From assembly GCF_964188315.1 (NCBI RefSeq), contig NC_135669.1, forward strand, positions 14,136,001 through 14,200,000: a stretch of DNA of 64,000 bases, written 5' to 3'. Source of the DNA: Podarcis muralis. Taxonomy: Eukaryota. A program made the translations under genes and the position numbers. The notes beneath the pieces were generated by a model, which worked only from the letters and a program-made list of their open reading frames with translations, had not been told where the DNA came from and searched no databases. Below are positions 59,253 through 64,000 of this stretch, piece after piece (positions within the stretch are counted from its first letter, which is position 1; every line of letters begins with the position of its first letter).

Positions 59253-60521
59253 CCTAATGTGAAGCAATGGCACTGTTTCCTTTCCATCCCCATTTGCTGC
59301 CTGGCAACAACCCACATTCAGGCTGTGTTTGTAGCCATCAGTCCCTCATGATAAAGTAGTGTCTTGTAGTATGGATGCGAGTTTACTCAGAAAGTTGGTG
59401 GGACTAAGCATGCCCCTTTGTACTGCAGTTCTGCCCAGCTGGATGAGCACAAACACCATTTTTCAGTTTCCAGAGCCTTCTCCTACTCTTCATGTCGACG
59501 TCATCTTGTGACAGCAGAACTAGTTGTAAGGAAAGGTCCCGATTTCCTCTTGGCTCTTTCTAATGATTCTGGATATGGCACACCCTGAACTAGATGTAGC
59601 GGTGGCTTTTTAAAAGATGATGACATTGATTCACAGAGAATGGGTTCATCAGTGGTTGGTTATTTGTCATGATGCTTAAGAGCCAGGGTGGTTAGACTAG
59701 GGCCAAGGAGGCCTCGGTTCACACCCCTACTTAGCCATGAAATTCTCTGAACTCCTTAGAGAAGAGTGACACAGAAAATTGAATGACTGATAGCTGAATA
59801 GGACCTCCAGTGGTCAAAGGCACCATCCCATGAATTACCACTTGCCGGGTTAAAGTAGGGAATGACATTGGTGCCTTGAGCTTCCAAGTTCATCTGAGCA
59901 GCAATGGTTGGAAACAGAGTGGTGTCCAAATCAGATGTAAGTCAAAAAGTGGAGTAAGAATGGAAAGTGAAGCTACTTTGGTAAGGCTACTGACTTGCCC
60001 TTATTACTCCTTGGACTCACTTCTTTGGCCACATAGGTTAGGAGTTGCCTTATACTCAGATCAGTATCATGCACTGTATTGTCCTCACTGTTCAACAGTA
60101 GCTCTCCAGAATTTCAAACAAGCGTCTTTCCCTGCCCTACCTAGAGATGCTGGGGATTGAACCCGGGACCTTCTGTGTGAAAAACAAATGCACTGTCATT
60201 GAGCTACGGCCCTTCCCTTCATTGACTATACTACCTGGGCTGATGGGAATTGGGATTCCAATGACACCTGGATGGCCGCAGGTTCCCTTACTGTGCTAGA
60301 TGGACCTCGGTTCAAGCCAGTAAGCCAACTCTTATTGTTCTTATTTCTCTAGGTGAACAGCGCTTCTGGTGACGGGACAGATGCTGTGGTGATTCTGGAG
60401 AAGACACCCTTCCAGGAGGAGAACATAGCTGAACTCCTGAAGAAACACACCAAGCTCCAGCTCCAGATGTCCAACGACATCTACAGCACTTACCGCCTTT
60501 ACCTGCCTCCTGAGCTGAACG
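53972..60521 (+). CDS. DCPS: m7GpppX diphosphatase (scavenger decapping enzyme), exons 1-2; continues beyond the window
   Basis: Exon 1, 53972-54145: [12 protein letters not shown]...[17 protein letters not shown]|GT. Exon 2, 60353-60521: [21 protein letters not shown]...[18 protein letters not shown]|GTAAGC. Matches the DcpS N-terminal domain and its basic NLS. Confidence 0.93.
54790..55130 (-). mobile_element. Sauria SINE
   Basis: Family sequence, reverse orientation. Confidence 0.9.
55505..55745. mobile_element. Tc1/mariner-type MITE (family A)
   Basis: TA flanks and TIRs. Confidence 0.9.
56768..57370 (-). mobile_element. L2-type LINE 3' fragment
   Basis: Peptide [14 protein letters not shown]...[16 protein letters not shown]...[15 protein letters not shown]; (AAT)n tail. 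Confidence 0.78.
59175..59250. repeat. Compound (TC)n(AC)n microsatellite
   Basis: Direct inspection. Confidence 0.95.
60353..60521 (+). CDS. DCPS: DCPS exon 2
   Basis: ttctctag|GTG; [11 protein letters not shown] and SNDIYSTY motifs. Confidence 0.94.
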
Positions 60522-62017
60522 GTAAGCAGCTGGCTAGGGAGGCTTGCCTCCCAGACATCCGTCAGTTTATGCAGGCTGATTGCAGTGAGGTTCCTCCAGG
60601 TCTTAACCAAAAATACAGTTTGCCATCCCTGCTATCAGTGGGTTATCTGGGATAGGTTAGGTCCTGCTTCTGTTATGCTGAATTTAGCCAATGGTTTTCT
60701 TACCCTGAAAGCTGGAATTCTTCTATGGGCTGGCCCCAGGTTTGAGGGTACACTTGGCAAACTGTCCTCAATCCCCCCACCCCCCAAAAAACCCTGGGTG
60801 TACTGTATAGTGGGTAGCGACAAGCCAGCACTTAAAATTTTGCACAATGCTTCAGTGTCCAACATAAGCACTGATCAAGAGCATTATGGGGAAATATAAA
60901 AGGGCAGCTCACAGACTTAGTCACATAATGCAGTGGTTCCAAGGCAGTCCTGGAGTACTGGGACCCTGGCAGGTGTCCAAAGGTGCCTGCTGTTTCTCAT
61001 GTTCTCATATGTTCTGGTTGAAGCCAAGATATTGGAGCATGTTACTGGTATAGTGTAGAGGGCAAGTGTGAGCTGGTTATTCCTTGCTTCAGATTTGCCG
61101 TTATGGCATAGTTGTGTTAGAACTGTGCCACTTCAGAATGCAAGTGCAGGATCGCCTTTTGATTTAAACCCATATGAAAAAAATGGAATGTCAAGAGGAA
61201 GGACTAGGCTAAGAACTTGTTTACTGATATGCTAGTTTTCCATAAGCATGGGTCCTCCCCACCGTCATGGAGAAAGCCTTTAGATATGCACCCTTTCCCT
61301 CCCGGTGTCTTCAACTGATATAGGCCCAGCAGGGGGTCGCATTGCATGCTTTCCCCAAGGATTTAAATCATTTATTGGACATAAGACTCATCCAGAACGC
61401 TGCCTCTTGTGCTTGAGGGAAGCTTGAAGGAAAGCGTCAAGGCAGTCACCAATGAGACACAGGTGTTCAGTTATGAGATATATCTGTTGTTAACATATTG
61501 GATTGGGGGATGTTCCTTAACTCTGCAGTTTTAGCAATTCTGACATGTCTCATTTGGGGGAAAGCACTTGCTTTAGTTTAGCTTCCCATATAATTCTGTT
61601 TGTTATCAATCATTAGTCCAGGTGGGAATCAGAATTTAAACCTTGGCTTGACATTGATAAAGTTCTCAACCCCTATTCTACCGGGTGTTTGTGGTATTAT
61701 TACAACAGGCACATCTTTTTGTGCTGTTCAGAAGACCTCTGTGCAGGCCATTGGAATAGACAGGCATCGTGTTTGCAACTGTGAGCGCTTTTCTCCCTTT
61801 TGGTGACTTCTAACAAGATACTGTAATTTCCACAAGGTGGCACCCTTGGACAAGAATCCAAGAACCATTCTAAGCAGCAACTGTTACTGAATGACCTGTT
61901 GCTGGTTCAGTTCCCCCCACCCACCGTTATTTGATTTCTGTAACATTTATTTATTCATCTTTTATTTAGATATGCCACCCAATAACACAAGTTCTCTGGG
62001 CAGCTTACAATAAAATA

Positions 62018-62495
62018 CAGTGGTACAGTGGTACCTCAGGTTACAGACGCTTCAGGTTACAGACGTTTCAGATTACAGACTCCGCTAACGCACAAATAGT
62101 ATCTCGGGTTAAAAACTTTGCTTCAGGATGAGAACAGAAATCGTGCAGTGACGGCACGGTGGCAGCGGGAGGCCCCATTAGCTAAAGTGGTGCTTCAGGT
62201 TAAGATCAGTTTCAGGTTAAGAACAGACCTCCAGAAAGAATTAAGTTCTTAACCTGAGGTACCACTGTACCTTAGTTCTCAAACGGCTTGGCTCCCAAAC
62301 GGCTTGGCTCCCAAACGCCACAAACCCGGAAGTAAGTGTTCCGGTTTGCGAATGCTTTTTGGAAGTCAACGCGGCTTCCGCTTGACTGCAGGAAGCTCCT
62401 GCAGCCAATTGGAAGCCGCACCTTGGTTTTCGAAAGGTTTCGGGAATTGAACGGACTCTCAGAACAGATACAGTTCGATAACCAAGGTACCACTG
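62018..62495. mobile_element. Composite MITE: family A copy (62026-62267) inserted into the left TIR of another MITE
   Basis: CAGTGG-TA-[CAGTGGTACCTC...GAGGTACCACTG]-TA-CCTTAGTTCTCAAAC ... CCAAGGTACCACTG. Confidence 0.82.
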
Positions 62496-63500
62496 TGCAA
62501 ACAATTAACATACCAAAGAAAAACAACAAAATCTGAATACATGAGCAGGTTGAGGGTAAAGCAACAGTGCAACTGCCCAGAAGGCCTGCAGGTGCATGCT
62601 AGTCAACTAAGTCGTCATTTCCAAGGATGCTCCCTTGGGATCAAGCCCCATTAACCTCTCTGAGATCCATTTCATAACAGACAGGTGTGCTCTGGATTTA
62701 ATCTGAAAAGGGCAAGGTGTCCAGGGTATATAATGTCAACTGTTGTTTTGTGGATTTACTGTGCCCTGTGATATTAAGGAGTCTACGCACAGGAGCCAAA
62801 AAGTATCTTCCACAGATAAAACTGCTTTGCTCCATGTCCACGAGATCTGAAACAATGGAATTCAGCCTGGCTTCAAGAATAGAGACAAACTGATTTCTGA
62901 TCTTGATTTGGGAATGAGATGGGTCTGTATAATGATAACTCCCCTGGGTCTTAACCAGGTTTTAAATGACCACTGTTTTAGATTTGAGTCAGGCTGATGT
63001 CTAGGTTTTTGTGAACAAAGTATGACAGGACAGTGCTACAAAAAAGGCCTTTCCCTTGGTGATACTGCAGTTACAGAATACGGTGGGGTCAGGGGACTGG
63101 ATTCAGCTGGTGGGCCAAATCCCTCAGTTCTCCACCCTCTGCTGATTGGTGGTGGGAATGCCCATTCTAAGTGCCTTGCTCCATTAGCATGAAGCGGTCT
63201 GCATTGACAGTTGGGTACATAGTGCTAGAAGTTTGAAAGCGGAGTGTTATTTGCAATTCTAGTCCAGTGCAGGTAAGTCTATTAAAATGAATGGCTTTGA
63301 CTATCCTAGGTTCATTAATTTCTCTGAGTGGAACTTAGTTGGATACAACCCAAGATGGCTCTTCTACATCCAGCTTAAAGTAGAGCATCAACCATGTGAT
63401 TCTGCTAAATTGACTCGGGCTCAAATCCACATTCAGCTATAAAGCTTAATGGGTAACCCTGGAGCAAACCTGTCTTTTAGCTCAACCCACCTCATAGGGT

Positions 63501-63745
63501 CCTGCCAACCTAGCAGTTCAACAGCATGTAAAAGTGCAAGTAGCTACATAGGTACCGCTCCGATGGGAAGGTAAATGGCGTTTCCATGTTCTGCTCTGGT
63601 TCACCAGAAGCGGCTTAGTCATGCTGGCCACATGACCCGGAAGCTGTATGCAGGCTCCCTCAGCCAATAAAGCGGGATGAGCACCGCAGCCCCAGAGTCA
63701 GCCACGACTGGACCTAATGGTCAGGGGTCCCTTTACCTTTACCTT
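63501..63745 (+). mobile_element. Sauria SINE, 5'-truncated, nested in an older tRNA-type SINE
   Basis: 12-bp TSD ACCTCATAGGGT (63489-63500, 63746-63757). Confidence 0.88.
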
Positions 63746-64000
63746 ACCTCATAGGGTTGGTGAGAGAATAAAATGGGAGGAAAACTCTGTCCTTTGCTCA
63801 GAGCTCCTTGCAGGAAAAGCAGGTATACACACATACACATACTGAAGCAAGACTAGGAACATAGATCTACCACTGGAGGAATGGGATAGATGGTAGTATT
63901 TCTCGATGCTGCCGTGCTCAGCCTGGTTTGGGAAGCAAAACTACACCAGTTCAGGTATGCTGTACTGATTATCGAACCTTGTCTAGGCCTGAACCAGGAG

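Noticed and set aside
1968-63745. Recurring similar ORFs ([14 protein letters not shown]..., [13 protein letters not shown]...) suggesting a multigene family
   Set aside because: All map to Sauria SINE copies and are translations of non-coding repeats.
60522-64000. DCPS exon 3
   Set aside because: No segment resembling the expected (D/E)(V/I)KTTVVYPATEKH peptide was found; it is probably beyond the window. The ORF 60353-60655 extension is intron read-through.
1-64000. CRISPR arrays, rRNA genes or prokaryotic systems
   Set aside because: None seen; the sequence is vertebrate genomic DNA and its repeats are dispersed transposons or microsatellites.

Overview
Eukaryotic, intron-rich vertebrate DNA. 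Sauria SINEs, a BovB 3' end and CR1/L2/L1 repeats indicate a squamate, probably a lacertid lizard (inference). Five protein-coding genes were assembled by hand from splice sites and phase continuity. (1) SRPRA, minus strand, coding exons 1-6; the rest lies left of the window. (2) FOXRED1, plus strand, complete, 11 exons, 501 aa, head-to-head with SRPRA across a CpG island. (3) A complete (6-4) photolyase (cry5), minus strand, 10 exons, 530 aa. (4) TIRAP/Mal, plus strand, 3 coding exons, 225 aa. (5) DCPS, plus strand, exons 1-2. This is the SRPRA-FOXRED1-TIRAP-DCPS block of human 11q24.2 with an extra photolyase that mammals lack. The best oddities are: two obligatory GC-AG introns in the photolyase; its terminal exon lying beyond a young antisense CR1 with an intact 973-aa ORF2; an E-box/D-box-like cluster upstream of it, in a CpG island shared with TIRAP; an L1 insertion with a twin-priming-type 5' inversion and a 16-bp TSD; and a solo LTR directly behind the TIRAP read-through stop. 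I found no convincing wholly novel gene system. All gene identities rest on recalled protein similarity, not on a database search.
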